Assembly: GCA_965235115.1 (NCBI GenBank)
Contig: OZ249436.1
Span: 44,270,001-44,334,000 of the forward strand
Reading direction: 5' to 3'
From: Laetmonice hystrix
Lineage: Eukaryota
Length of the DNA stretch: 64,000 nt
Shown: positions 38,901 to 50,965 of the stretch, one piece after another
How the letters are laid out: the number at the start of each line of letters is the position of its first letter
Position numbering within the stretch: position 1 is the first letter of the stretch
Position numbers and translations under genes: made by a program
The notes under the pieces: model-generated
What the model was told of the DNA's origin: nothing
The model's input: the letters and a program-made list of their open reading frames with translations, nothing else
Database searches by the model: none

Positions 38901-39499
38901 AAGGGGGCTTACTGTTGAGTCAGCTGGAGGGGTACTTACTGTTGTGAGTCAGCTGGAGGGGTACTTACTGTTGTGAGTCAGCTGGAGGGGTACTTACTGT
39001 TGAGTCAGCTGGAGGGGTACTTACTGTTGTGAGTCAGCTGGAGGGGTACTTACTGTTGTGAGTCAGCTGGAGGGGTACTTACTGTTGAGTCAGCTGGAGG
39101 GGTACTTACTGTTGTGAGTCAGCTGGAGGGGTACTTACTGTTGAGTCAGCTGGAGGGGTACTTACTGTTGTGAGTCAGCTGGAGGGGTACTTACTGTTGA
39201 GTCACCTGGAGGGGTACTTACTGTTGTGAGTCAGCTGGAGGGGTACTTACTGTTGTGAGTCAGCTGGAGGGGTACTTACTGTTGTGAGTCAGCTGGAGGG
39301 GTACTTACTGTTGTGAGTCAGCTGGAGGGGTACTTACTGTTGAGCCAGCTGGAGGGGTACTTACTGTTGAGTCAGCTGGAGGGATACTTACTGTTGCGAG
39401 TAAGCTGGAGGGGTACTTACTGTTGAGTCAGCTGGAGGGGTACTTACTGTTGACAGTCAGGTGGAGGGGTACTTACTGTTGTGAGTCAGCTGGAGGGGT
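35907..39499. repeat. 27/29-bp tandem repeat, about 125 copies, spanning a KATNIP donor site
   Basis: Minus-strand unit CCCCTCCAGCTGACTC(AC)AACA|GTAAGTA is the exon end plus a consensus donor. Confidence 0.97.
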
Positions 39500-39587
39500 T
39501 TCCCGTCGCTATCGAAGAGCTCGAGTCCATTAAGACCCACGTAGTATGGATCTCCCCAGGTGGAGACCAGCTGGAACTGGTAGATAA
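39477..39587 (-). CDS. KATNIP: KATNIP exon (downstream of the U12 intron)
   Basis: Encodes [37 protein letters not shown]. Acceptor is preceded by CCTTAAC; donor gtaagt. Phases 1/1. Confidence 0.93.
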
Positions 39588-39871
39588 CTGTCACTGGTTA
39601 AGGTAGACAGGGTTAGATGAAGGCTCACCTCACACGAACTGAAATACTTTCTATTCATCTCAGGAGTATTAGGATGTCAGTGACAAGTCCATGGTTCCAA
39701 GGTGTCAGTGCTGTTATAAACCTAACGAACGACTGCCATCTTCTGTCGCCCTCAATTAGTGACGTTCTCAGTCAGTGCTCAAACGTGTAAACCAGCTGGC
39801 CTAGGTTTTTACTGAATGCACCTAACTCAGTTATTATTTGGGTAATTTGAAATACCTGGATCTTAACCTGA

Positions 39872-40052
39872 CTGGGACCCGTTGCATAAAAAATGTCCTG
39901 TTAAAATAGCAGGGACCAATTAGGTGGCCGTTAAAAAACAACAGTTAAGGGAACTGTAGCGAGTGGGAATTTATTATGCAACGCAACATCCCGTTAACTG
40001 ACAGTTAGTGGAGGATTTAACGGGCGGGGATTTTTTATGCAAGGCACCCCTG
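39872..40052. mobile_element. Palindromic MITE
   Basis: Imperfect TIRs CTGGGACCCGTTGCATAAAAAATGTCC / GGATTTTTTATGCAAGGCACCCCTG. Confidence 0.6.
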
Positions 40053-40923
40053 GCCCTCCTAGGAAATATTCTCACGCTTTCCTGAACAACAACAACTCCC
40101 TCTCGAGCTCCAGGATCTCTTCTTTTTCAATATCCTCAGTTTCTATAATAAATATCGAGATAAGAGTTCACTAATACTTCAATCTGTAATACTCTCACTA
40201 CATGCCCTGATGGTGGTCGGGTCCACTGGCGAGTTATACTGGTAATAATGACATCGACAAGGGAAAGAACATTTGTCGGTATTAGCTGCCGTATCCCCTG
40301 GCGGCCGCCTGCTGTACCAGCCAGAGCCAGGCAACCACAGCCATCAGTGACCCGATACGTTGAGTTTAAACTTCCCACAGACTGGTTTTATTATAAGATT
40401 ACACCGACAATATTATACTACAGCAATGGTAGATAATCATGTACAGGCCGAGGTTTATGGAGTGACTGGTGCTCACATACTTTTGTCCTAGGTTTGCTAG
40501 ACCTTTTCCAACCAGATCTAGGTTGATCTAATTTCCAGGGGCCTTTGACCTTATTAGGCCGACATTATAGCTACTTGCATTTTGTATTTTCAGAACTAAT
40601 TGGTTCCATAGTTCGTTACCTGCACAGATCGTTTTTTTTTATTTAGAGTTTAGCAGCCCATGTTTATTCACGCGAAACCTATCATCTTTTATTTATCTCT
40701 TTCTTATTCCTTTATTTATTTAAAAAGGTCAATTTCTCAGAGGCCTGCTAATGTGGAAACGTCTACACAACAGACCAGGGCAGTACATTGGAACTTAACA
40801 TTTAACAATAAGACCGCAGTACATGGAAATAACAACTGACCTGTGGCAATTAGCGGAGTGAAACCTTATTTAACCCTATCATTAATCCCTTAACCTCCCC
40901 ACAAATTATCCTCACCCCTAGCC

Positions 40924-43576
40924 CTAGCCCTACCCCAAACCTAACCCTGAACCCTACCCCAAACCTAACCCTGAACCCTACCCCAAACCTAACCCTGAAC
41001 CCTACCCCAAACCTTACCCTGAACCCTACCCCAAACCTAACCCTGAACCCTACCCCAAACCTAACCCTGAACCCTACCCCAAACCTAACCTTGAACCCTA
41101 CCCCAAACCTAACCCTGAACCCTACCCCAAACCTTACCCTGAACCCTACCCCAAACCTAACCCTGAACCCTACCCCAAACCTTACCCTGAACCCTACCCC
41201 AAACCTTACCCTGAACCCTACCCCAAACCTAACCCTGAACCCTACCCCAAACCTAACCCTGAACCCTACCCCAAACCTAACCCTGAACCCTACCCCAAAC
41301 CTTACCCTGAACCCTACCCCAAACCTTACCCTGAACCCTACCCCAAACCTAACCCTGAACCCTACCCCAAACCTAACCCCAAACCTAACCCTGAACCCTA
41401 CCCCAAACCTAACCCTACCCCAAACCTAACCCTGAACCCTACCCCAAACCTTACCCTGAACTCTACCCCAAACCTAACCCTGAACCCTACCCCAAACCTA
41501 ACCCTGAACCCTACCCCAAACCTAACCCTGAACCCTACCCCAAACCTAGCCCTGAACCCTACCCCAAACCTAACCCCAAACCTAACCCTGAACCCTACCC
41601 CAAACCTAACCTTGAACCCTACCCCAAACCCTACCCCAAACCTAACCCTGAACCCTACCCCAAACCTAACCCTGAACCCTACCCCAAACCTAACCTTGAA
41701 CCCTACCCCAAACCTTACCCTGAACCCTACCCCAAACCTAACCCTGAACCCTACCCCAAACCTAACCCTACCCCAAACCTAACCCTGAACCCTACCCCAA
41801 ACCTTACCCTGAACTCTACCCCAAACCTAACCCTGAACCCTACCCCAAACCTTACCCTGAACTCTACCCCAAACCTAACCCTGAACCCTACCCCAAACCT
41901 AACCCTGAACCCTACCCCAAACCTAACCCTGAACCCTACCCCAAACCTAGCCCTGAACCCTACCCCAAACCTAACCCCAAACCTAACCCTGAACCCTACC
42001 CCAAACCTAACCTTGAACCCTACCCCAAACCCTACCCCAAACCTAACCCTGAACCCTACCCCAAACCTAACCCTGAACCCTACCCCAAACCTAACCCTGA
42101 ACCCTACCCCAAACCTAACCCTGAACCCTACCCCAAACCCTACCCCAAACCTAGCCCTGAACCCTACCCCAAACCTAACCCTGAACCCTACCCCAAACCT
42201 AACCCTGAACCCTACCCCAAACCTAACCTTGAACCCTACCCCAAACCTTACCCTGAACCCTACCCCAAACCTAACCCTGAACCCTACCCCAAACCTAACC
42301 CTGAACCCTACCCCAAACCTTACCTTGAACCCTACCCCAAACCTTACCCTGAACCCTACCCCAAACCTAACCCTGAACCCTACCCCAAACCTAACCCTGA
42401 ACCCTACCCCAAACCTAACCCTGAACCCTACCCCAAACCTAACCCTGAACCCTACCCCAAACCTAACCCTGAACCCTACCCCAAACCTTACCCTGAACCC
42501 TACCCCAAACCTTACCCTGAACCCTACCCCAAACCTACCCTGAACCCTACCCCAAACCTAACCCTGAACCCTACCCCAAACCTAACCCTGAACCCTACCC
42601 CAAACCTAACCCTGAACCCTACCCCAAACCTAACCCTGAACCCTACCCCAAACCTAACCCTGAACCCTACCCCAAACCTAACCCTGAACCCTACCCCAAA
42701 CCTTACCCTGAACCCTACCCCAAACCCTACCCCAAACCTAACCTTGAACCCTACCCCAAACCTTACCCTGAACCCTACCCCAAACCTTACCCTGAACCCT
42801 ACCCCAAACCTAACCCTGAACCCTACCCCAAACCTTACCCTGAACCCTACCCCAAACCTAACCCTGAACCCTACCCCAAACCTTACCTTGAACCCTACCC
42901 CAAACCTAACCCTGAACCCTACCCCAAACCTAACCCTACCCCAAACCTAACCCTGAACCCTACCCCAAACCTAACCCTGAACCCTACCCCAAACCTAACC
43001 CTGAACCCTACCCCAAACCTAACCCTGAACCCTACCCCAAACCTAACCCTGAACCCTACCCCAAACCTAACCCTGAACCCTACCCCAAACCTAACCCTGA
43101 ACCCTACCCCAAACCTTACCCTGAACCCTACCCCAAACCCTACCCCAAACCTAACCTTGAACCCTACCCCAAACCTTACCCTGAACCCTACCCCAAACCT
43201 TACCCTGAACCCTACCCCAAACCTAACCCTGAACCCTACCCCAAACCTAACCCTGAACCCTACCCCAAACCTAACCCTGAACCCTACCCCAAACCTTACC
43301 TTGAACCCTACCCCAAACCTAACCCTGAACCCTCCCCCAAACCTAACCCTGAACCCTACCCCAAACCTTACCCTGAACCCTACCCCAAACCTAACCCTGA
43401 ACCCTACCCCAAACCTAACCCTGAACCCTACCCCAAACCTTACCCTGAACCCTACCCCAAACCTAACCCTGAACCCTACCCCAAACCTTACCCTGAACCC
43501 TACCCCAAACCTAACCCTGAACCCTACCCCAAACCTTACCCTGAACCCTACCCCAAACCTTACCCTGAACCCTACC
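40924..43576. repeat. 24-bp telomere-like tandem repeat, about 110 copies, inside the U12 intron
   Basis: Unit CCCTACCCCAAACCT(A/T)ACCCTGAA consists of four degenerate CCCTAA-like hexamers. Confidence 0.97.
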
Positions 43577-43968
43577 ACTAGTCCCATAACCTCCCCACAA
43601 ATTATCCTCGACCCTAGCTCTAACTCCAATCGCGTGGAAAAATTGCCACTGGGAATACCAGGCCAAGAAGTCATGTCAGAGGCAGCAGTGAAACCAGAGA
43701 TCTTGATCGCTCGGGTTCCGTTTCAAAACATAAGCATAAAATTACACATCCGAACATTCTAAGAAAGTACCAATGACGTCAGCATGGTCACGAAGGTCAA
43801 GAACATAAGTGATGGAAACAAGCCAGCTAAGTGGTACCGAAATATACCAGGTTAGAAAGGTACTTTGTAATCATATAACCGAGTTATAGACACTACTATA
43901 CCATGTCTGTAAAAATCACTCGGGACCAGTCCACCGACGTACGGCTTCCTGTATGCATGATTCACTTG

Positions 43969-44077
43969 ATGTTAATATTCTACAGGTGATACAATATGTT
44001 AATATTCTACAGGTGATACAAAATGTTAATATTCTACAGGTGATACAATAATGTTAATATTATACAGGTGATACAAT
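43969..44077. repeat. About 27-bp tandem repeat, 4 copies
   Basis: Unit ATGTTAATATTCTACAGGTGATACAAT. Confidence 0.9.
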
Positions 44078-44108
44078 ACGGTTTACGTACTCCATGAACC
44101 TTCCTAAC

Positions 44109-44741
44109 GGGGCTTTCCCACATTCCCGAATTGGATCCCGAACTGCTACGATCCCGAGATCGTAGGAAATCGTAGGGAGATCGTCAAGAAGTTCGTCAGA
44201 GTTCGGCATGGCTCGTAGCAGTTCTTGAGAAATCGTAGCCGTGAAAAAGAATTTCGAGCATGCTCGAAAATTTGAAATTTAGTCGCCGACAAATAAAGAT
44301 CATAGCAGTTCGTGAGTTATTCGTAGGTAGATTGTAGTGGTTTGTAGGTCTTCGTAGGTGGTTCGTGCCTGTTCGTAATGAATCCTACAGTCAAAAAATA
44401 TGCCGAATTCATGCGATTCACCTACGAATTCCTGCGATCTGCTAAGAATAGCTACGATCCTGCAAATGTCGAAGACAAAGTGTCGTAGGTAGTTTGTGGG
44501 TAAATCGGGACAGTTCGTAGATACTTTGTGACGGTTCGGCATGAGTTTGGCATGGTTCGTGGGGGAGACGTAGGTAATTCCCATGTACATCGTAGAAGTT
44601 CGTAGCTAATGCGCAGCCAATTCGTGATGTGTGTGAGGTCAAACACTACGAATTGGCCGAGCAACCAAGAACCGTCACGAATTTCAATTCGAGACAGTTC
44701 GGCGTGCTCTCATGAAAAATTCGGGAATGTGGGAAAGCCCC
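44109..44741. mobile_element. Non-autonomous TIR element (PIF/Harbinger-like MITE)
   Basis: Perfect 24-bp TIR GGGGCTTTCCCACATTCCCGAATT and many internal TCGTAG/CTACGA motifs. The TSD is imperfect (TAA / CAA). Confidence 0.8.
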
Positions 44742-44769
44742 TCAAGTCTTTTCGTGAGTAAAAGGATAC

Positions 44770-44822
44770 ATCCACAAGGGACCTGAGCTGCCTCGTATTC
44801 CTCATCCATGTTGACACTTTCC
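44770..44822 (-). CDS. KATNIP: KATNIP exon (upstream of the U12 intron)
   Basis: ttacag acceptor. Encodes ESVNMDEEYEAAQVPCG. Donor GTATCCTTT. Phases 2/1. Confidence 0.88.
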
Positions 44823-46199
44823 CTGTAAAGATACAAAAAAGAAATTACCCTCCGCTAGTCAATCTTTAACGAGGCACATCATATTTTTAGAAGGTGTGTG
44901 TGTGTTCGTTATTTCTATCCGGGCTGCCACTCACCCGTGGTGATCATGCAACCAGAGTGTCACACAACAGTCTACACTGAACAGGGATAGAGTTTCACAA
45001 CGCCAGAATTACAATGTCGTGCCACCTTCATCTCCTGCCTCCGAGCGACATTGTAATGAACTTTTTTTTTCTTCTTCTTCTTGATCTATTCTAGTTTAAG
45101 TACAGTTGCCTGAACGCAAGGCGCTGGTCTATACAGGCAAATGTTCAGCATGGTGTACCTCTTCTGCCTCATTCTGAACCCTCAATCATTGAGCTGTATT
45201 GTTCATAAAAATAATGTTCATCGTTTTTCAGTGTAGCAAATGATGCTACATTGAGGAAAATCGAAGTAAAATCAAGTTTACTGCTAGCACTTTTCTACCC
45301 ATAATTTGGACTTATATTGAGTATACATGTCTTTTAACCTGCCCAATGTTTTCCTGCTTCACTGGTTAATGGTCACTTTCCACAAACCACTCAGAATCGG
45401 TTGCGTACGTCACCTCGCTGGTCGTCGTAACTTTAGACCTGATTTACGCAACGGCGCAAAGTTGCGCAGCCGTCGAGAAACACCAACGATAGGATACGCA
45501 TGGCGTAACTCATACAACGCTTTCGAGAAACAGGCCTCAGGGCAGTTTATCCTTCTTCTAAAAGGATAGACCAGGGCAGCTTATTCTTCTTTAAGAAGAA
45601 GAGAACATGTGTATTGGCTCGAACCATGGACCCGTCTCCTTGACGCGTCCGTCGGGCCCCGCCAAATCCGCACACTCTATGAGTCTCACTACAAGGTCCC
45701 TGACCAAAGACATTCCAAATCTATTTCTAGAGATTCCTCGCTACAATAAGTGTGATAGCTTCAAGGGGATATCGGGAGGATGTCCACAGGTCGATGACAT
45801 CTCCAGTTGGATTGGGACGGTCTTAGTGACATGGGCCACCTCTGTAACACTGTACAGAGACACCCACTCGGGCGGCAGCGAGGTCACTCAGGGGGAAGCA
45901 TTCCTCTCCCAACGTTAATTAATCTTTGGGGTTTTCCGCTATACCTCACGGTGCAATTATACGGCAGAGGAAGCAGTAATATATAAAAAAAAACTCTGGC
46001 TGTAAGCATTACATCCAGGTGAGGAAGAGACCAACAGATCTCTCCTGTGGCCCACAATGTTTAGTAAAGAGTAGATATTTCATCTGTAAAGAATGTCCGC
46101 TTGCAATGAGTACCTAAAATTCGGCAGTACAATCTTTCAGAAATATTGATTCCTATACTGAAGGGGTTTCTCTACTACAAAGGAAAAAATATACTAGCA

Positions 46200-46712
46200 C
46201 ACACCATATTGAACAAGGGGTTACCCGGTCAGTAAGTACTCACAACATATTGAACGAGGATTACCCGTACAGTAAGTACCCACACCATATTGAACGAAGA
46301 TTACCCGTACAGTAAGTACCCACACCATATTGAACGAAGATTACCCGGGCAGTAAGTACTCACACCATATTGAACAAAGATTACCCGTACAGTAAGTACC
46401 TACACCATATTGAACGAAGATTACCCGGGCAGTAAGTACCCACACCATATTGAACGAAGATTACTGGTACAATAAGTACCCACACCATATTGAACGAGGA
46501 TTACCCGGGCAGTAAGTACCCACACCATATTGAACGAAGATTACCCGTACAGTAAGTACTCACACCATATTGAACGAGGATTACCCGGACAGTAAGTACT
46601 CACACCATATTGAACGAAGATTACCCGTACAGTAAGTACTCACACCATACTGAACGAAGATTACCCGTACAGTAAGTACCCACACCATATTGAACGAAGA
46701 TTACCGGTACAG
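46200..46712. repeat. 40-bp tandem repeat, about 13 copies
   Basis: Unit CACACCATATTGAACGAAGATTACCCGTACAGTAAGTAC(C/T). Confidence 0.95.
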
Positions 46713-47221
46713 TTTCTAGTTACTGGTTTTATTGACGTTGCATTACGATAAATTGTATGTCACAGTAACGTGAATAAAAAATATAATCTGTGCGAGTCGT
46801 ACATTAAGACGGTATTGCCCTTCTACATGTAATATAGTCTGTGACACAATATGGAAATCAAGAGAGTTTGACAGAATTAAAATAAGCAATATGTTTGTCC
46901 AACACAATATTGCTGCGTTGTACTTGAAAGGTTGCAGTAGACCTCACTAAACCGATGTGGAGCGGGCCTTTAGAGTTAGCAATTATTTCTTCCCTATATC
47001 CCCAATCATGGTCTCCGGGCCTGTTTGAAACCTTGCATTTTTGTGTGCAAGGTAATTTTAACCCCCTGTTCATGATGTTAACAAAAGCGTGAAACCTTCG
47101 TCTACCGATATGTCTGGATGGATTTGCTGATAATGATGAAAGGTTCGTTTTGGGTCCATTTTTCTTAGTGCATACTTTTTTTCGATACACCCTATAGAAT
47201 GGTGGAAAGAGTCGTTGACAC

Positions 47222-48461
47222 TGGCCGTGTTTCTAGCCGTGAGTTTCAGAGATTATCTTACCCTGGTTTGGCTGACGTGTTGACAAGTCTGGACGGTTGG
47301 CTGGTTGTGTTTCTAGCCCCTAGTGCCCTGTGTTTCAGAGATTATCTTACCCTGGTTTGGCTGACGTGTTGACAAGTCTGGACGGTTGGCTGGCCGTGTT
47401 TCTAGCCCCCAGTGCCCTGTGTTTCAGAGATTATCTTACCCTGGTTTGGCTGACATGTCGACAAGTCTGGACGGTTGGCTGGTTGTGTTTCTAGCCCCCA
47501 GTGCCCTGTTTTTCAGAGATTATCTTACCCTGGTTTGGCTGACATGTCGACAAGTCTGGACGGTTGGCTGACCGTGTTTCTAGCCCCCAGTGCCGTGTGT
47601 TTCAGAGATTATCTTACCCTGGTTTGGCTGACGTGTTGACAAGTCTGGACGGTTGGCTGGCCGTGTTTCTAGCCCCCAGTGCCCTGTGTTTCAGAGATTA
47701 TCTTACCCTGGTTTGGCTGACGTGTTGACAAGTCTGGACGGTTGGCTGGCCGTGTTTCTAGCCCCCAGTGCCGTGTGTTTCAGAGATTATCTTACCCTGG
47801 TTTGGCTGACATGTCGACAAGTCTGGACGGTTGGCTGGTTGTGTTTCTAGCCCCCAGTGCCCTGTGTTTCAGAGATTATCTTACCCTGGTTTGGCTGACA
47901 TGTCGACAAGTCTGGACGGTTGGCTGGTTGTGTTTCTAGCCCCCAGTGCCCTGTGTTTCAGAGATTATCTTACCCTGGTTTGGCTGACATGTCGACAAGT
48001 CTGGACGGTTGGCTGGCCGTGTTTCTAGCCCCCAGTGCCGTGTGTTTCAGAGATTATCTTACCCTGGTTTGGCTGACGTGTTGACAAGTCTGGACGGTTG
48101 GCTGGCCGTGTTTCTAGCCCCCAGTGCCCTGTGTTTCAGAGATTATCTTACCCTGGTTTGGCTGACGTGTTGACAAGTCTGGACGGTTGGCTGGCCGTGT
48201 TTCTAGCCCCCAGTGCCCTGTGTTTCAGAGATTATCTTACCCTGGTTTGGCTGACATGTCGACAAGTCTGGACTGTTGGCTGGTGGTGTTTCTAGCCCCC
48301 AGTGCCCTGTGTTTCAGAGATCTTACCCTGGTTTGGCTGACATGTCGACAAGTCTGGAAGGTTGGCTGACCGTGTTTCTAGCCCCAAGTGCCCTGTATTT
48401 CAGAGATTATCTTACCCTGGTTTGGCTGACATGTCGACAAGTCTGGACGGTTGGCTGGCCG
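47222..48461. repeat. 89-bp tandem repeat, about 14 copies, spanning a KATNIP donor site
   Basis: Minus-strand unit is the last about 45 nt of exon (GGCCAGCCAACC...AAACCAGG) plus GTAAGATAATCTCTG... Confidence 0.97.
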
Positions 48462-48585
48462 GGGCCTGTAAAAACGTCACTTCCTGCGCGAAGTCAAAGC
48501 AGCAATTTCCGGGGCCCTTTCTGATAAGAAAACCTTCCGGTGGCGACACCTGGCGTCCGTCCACCGTCACGTGTACGATCTTGGC
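48416..48585 (-). CDS. KATNIP: KATNIP exon
   Basis: tttcag acceptor, gtaaga donor. Encodes AKIVHVTVDGRQVSPPEGFLIRKGPGNCCFDFAQEVTF... Phases 0/2. Confidence 0.93.
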
Positions 48586-48864
48586 CTGAAATTTAAGGTG
48601 GTCATATTTTATACGTATTGGTAATATCCATGCACACTTTTCCAGTTTCATCACATCTGATTAGATAATCATCCCACACTTGAGCCCGTCCAATACATCG
48701 ACATGCGCCTTCCAACCATAAATATCAAGGTACTGACTGATAGGTAATACAGAATATTGAACCTGTGCCGATATGAACACTAAATCCAATGTTGGAGAGG
48801 GACTGCTCTCTCGTTTACAGATGGCACTTTATTCAGAACGTCGTGGAAGAAGGATTAGGCTGTC

Positions 48865-49007
48865 CTGGGGCTCGTTTCACTAAGACTGTACGAGCTCGTA
48901 TATGGTCTTATAGCTCGTAAACAAAAAAAAACTCGTACATTTTGCTATTATAATCTATAGAAATTACGAGCTCGTAAAATAGGAGTGTTTAGTGAAACGA
49001 TCCCCAG
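48865..49007. mobile_element. Palindromic MITE
   Basis: TIRs CTGGGGCTCGTTTCACTAA / TTAGTGAAACGATCCCCAG, with internal TACGAGCTCGTA palindromes. Confidence 0.7.
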
Positions 49008-49363
49008 ACCATTTGCCGATAGGAGTCATATAAAAGTATCCAAAGTACATGCAGTACATGCAGATAGGAATTTACCAAACATATTCGCGAAAAGACTTGT
49101 ATCACAGAAATACAAAACATGTACTACTTTATAGGAATATCAATACTGTGGGAGGTAGAAAGTAGAGCCATCACAGTAATTATCTCACGATATTAGCCCT
49201 AGCTTATAGAAACTATAATAGATAGCACTTTTTTTCCATTATCTACAAAAGTTTACTAAAAAATACATACATGTATATCATTAGCAATAATTTGAGGTCA
49301 TTCTTGCTACCACTGATTACACTAACTGGGGTGCTTCAAAAAAGGTTGCCATTTATAATAGGT

Positions 49364-50220
49364 CTCAATATATCTCTTCCCGGTTTAACTCCTTCTACGC
49401 CAGACTCAATATATCTCCTCCTGGTTTAACACCTTCTATGCCAGACTCAATGTATCTCTTCCCGGTTTAACTCCTTCTATGCCAGACTCAATATATCTCT
49501 GCCCGGTTTAACTCCTTCTATGCCAGACTCAATGTATCTCTTCCCTGTTTAACTCCTTCTATGCCAGACTCAATGTATCTCTTCCCGGTTTAACACCTTC
49601 TACGCCAGACTCAATATATCTCTTCCCGGTTTAACTCCTTCTACGCCAGACTTAATATATCTCTCCCGGTTTAACTCCTTCTATGCCAGACTCAATATAT
49701 CTCTTCCCGGTTTAACACCTTCTATGCCAGACTCAATATATCTCTTCCCGGTTTAACTCCTTCTATGCCAGACTCAATATATCTCTTCCCGGTTTAACTC
49801 CTTCTACGCCAGACTCAATATATCTCTTCCCGGTTTAACACCTTCTACGCCAGACTCAATATATCTCTTCCCGGTTTAACTCCTTCTACGCCAGACTCAA
49901 TATATCTCTTCCTGGTTTAACTCCTTCTACGCCAGACTCAATATATCTCTTCCCGGTTTAACTCCTTCTATGCCAGACTCAATATATCTCTTCCCGGTTC
50001 AACTCCTTCTATGCCAGACTCAATATATCTCTTCCCGGTTCAACTCCTTCTATGCCAGACTCAATATATCTCTTCCCGGTTTAACTCCTTCTACGCCAGG
50101 CTCAATATATCTCTTCCCGGTTTAACTCCTTCTATGCCAGACTCAATATATCTCTTCCCAGTTTAACTCCTTCTATGCCAGACTCAATATTTCTCTTCCC
50201 TGTTTAACTTCTTCTATGCC
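49364..50220. repeat. 41-bp tandem repeat, about 21 copies
   Basis: Unit GCCAGACTCAATATATCTCTTCCCGGTTTAACTCCTTCTA(T/C). Confidence 0.95.
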
Positions 50221-50297
50221 GAGACATCTTGACTTAAAGGCTGGTTGGACGTCCCCCCCCCCCTTCACCTACCCTGCACCCCACCCCATCGACTCAC

Positions 50298-50463
50298 CCC
50301 TCTGTAGGTATCCTCGGCACTCTTGTTGTAGTTCCACACCCGGAGACCAGCCAGGGTGGCGGGGCCGGGTAGGTTAACACTCAGCACGTGGTCCTCGCCG
50401 TCCGTGAACGGAATCAGCCACATGTTCTCGTCACTGGTCGTAATGTTCACCCCGTTCACGACC
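50298..50463 (-). CDS. KATNIP: KATNIP exon
   Basis: gttcag acceptor, gtgagt donor. Encodes VVNGVNITTSDENMWLIPF...LRVWNYNKSAEDTYRG. Phases 2/0. Confidence 0.95.
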
Positions 50464-50965
50464 CTGAACACCGACATCACACAGTTTAGTCAATAATAAC
50501 AGTCCCACAACATTTTGGGTAGGGTTAGGGTTAATTTTCTGGAAAGTCTAGGAACCGACTTTAGTAGTTAGGACCAGGTCTGGGATTAATGCCAGAGAGA
50601 GAATTTGATTTCTTATCATCAAATCTCGTGGATTCATTACCCTGCGAGATCTACCCCACCACACACACAGAGGGCAGCACCAGTCACATATAATTTTTTT
50701 GCATGGGCCGTGCGTGCCACCTGAAATTACACCTTTGTGATTTCGAACATTTTGTGTGTGAACACGGACGGGATCCCCACCTCGCCCGAGCCTCTTGTGA
50801 ACGGGCACGAGAACGTGCATGCTGCTGAACCTGTGAGATCCTGCTATCTCGGTTTGGTTCTTGTTTCACTTAATTTGCTCAAGGGCAAAAGTATGAAATG
50901 AGATCAAAACGTAAAACCAAGTCTTGAAAGGAAAAAAAAACTACTCAGTAAGATTAACATCCTTG

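Larger units (their letters stand above)
39588..44769 (-). other. U12-type (minor spliceosome) GT-AG intron of KATNIP
   Basis: 5' splice site GTATCCTTT (44769-44761). Branch site CCTTAAC (39603-39597) ends 9 nt from the exon, with no polypyrimidine tract. It splits the Phe codon in PCG-F-IYQFQL. Confidence 0.9.

Noticed and set aside
41091..43762. NPTPNLTL / GFRVRFGV repeat proteins, or a true telomere
   Set aside because: Translations of the 24-bp intronic repeat. The array is interstitial and not canonical TTAGGG.
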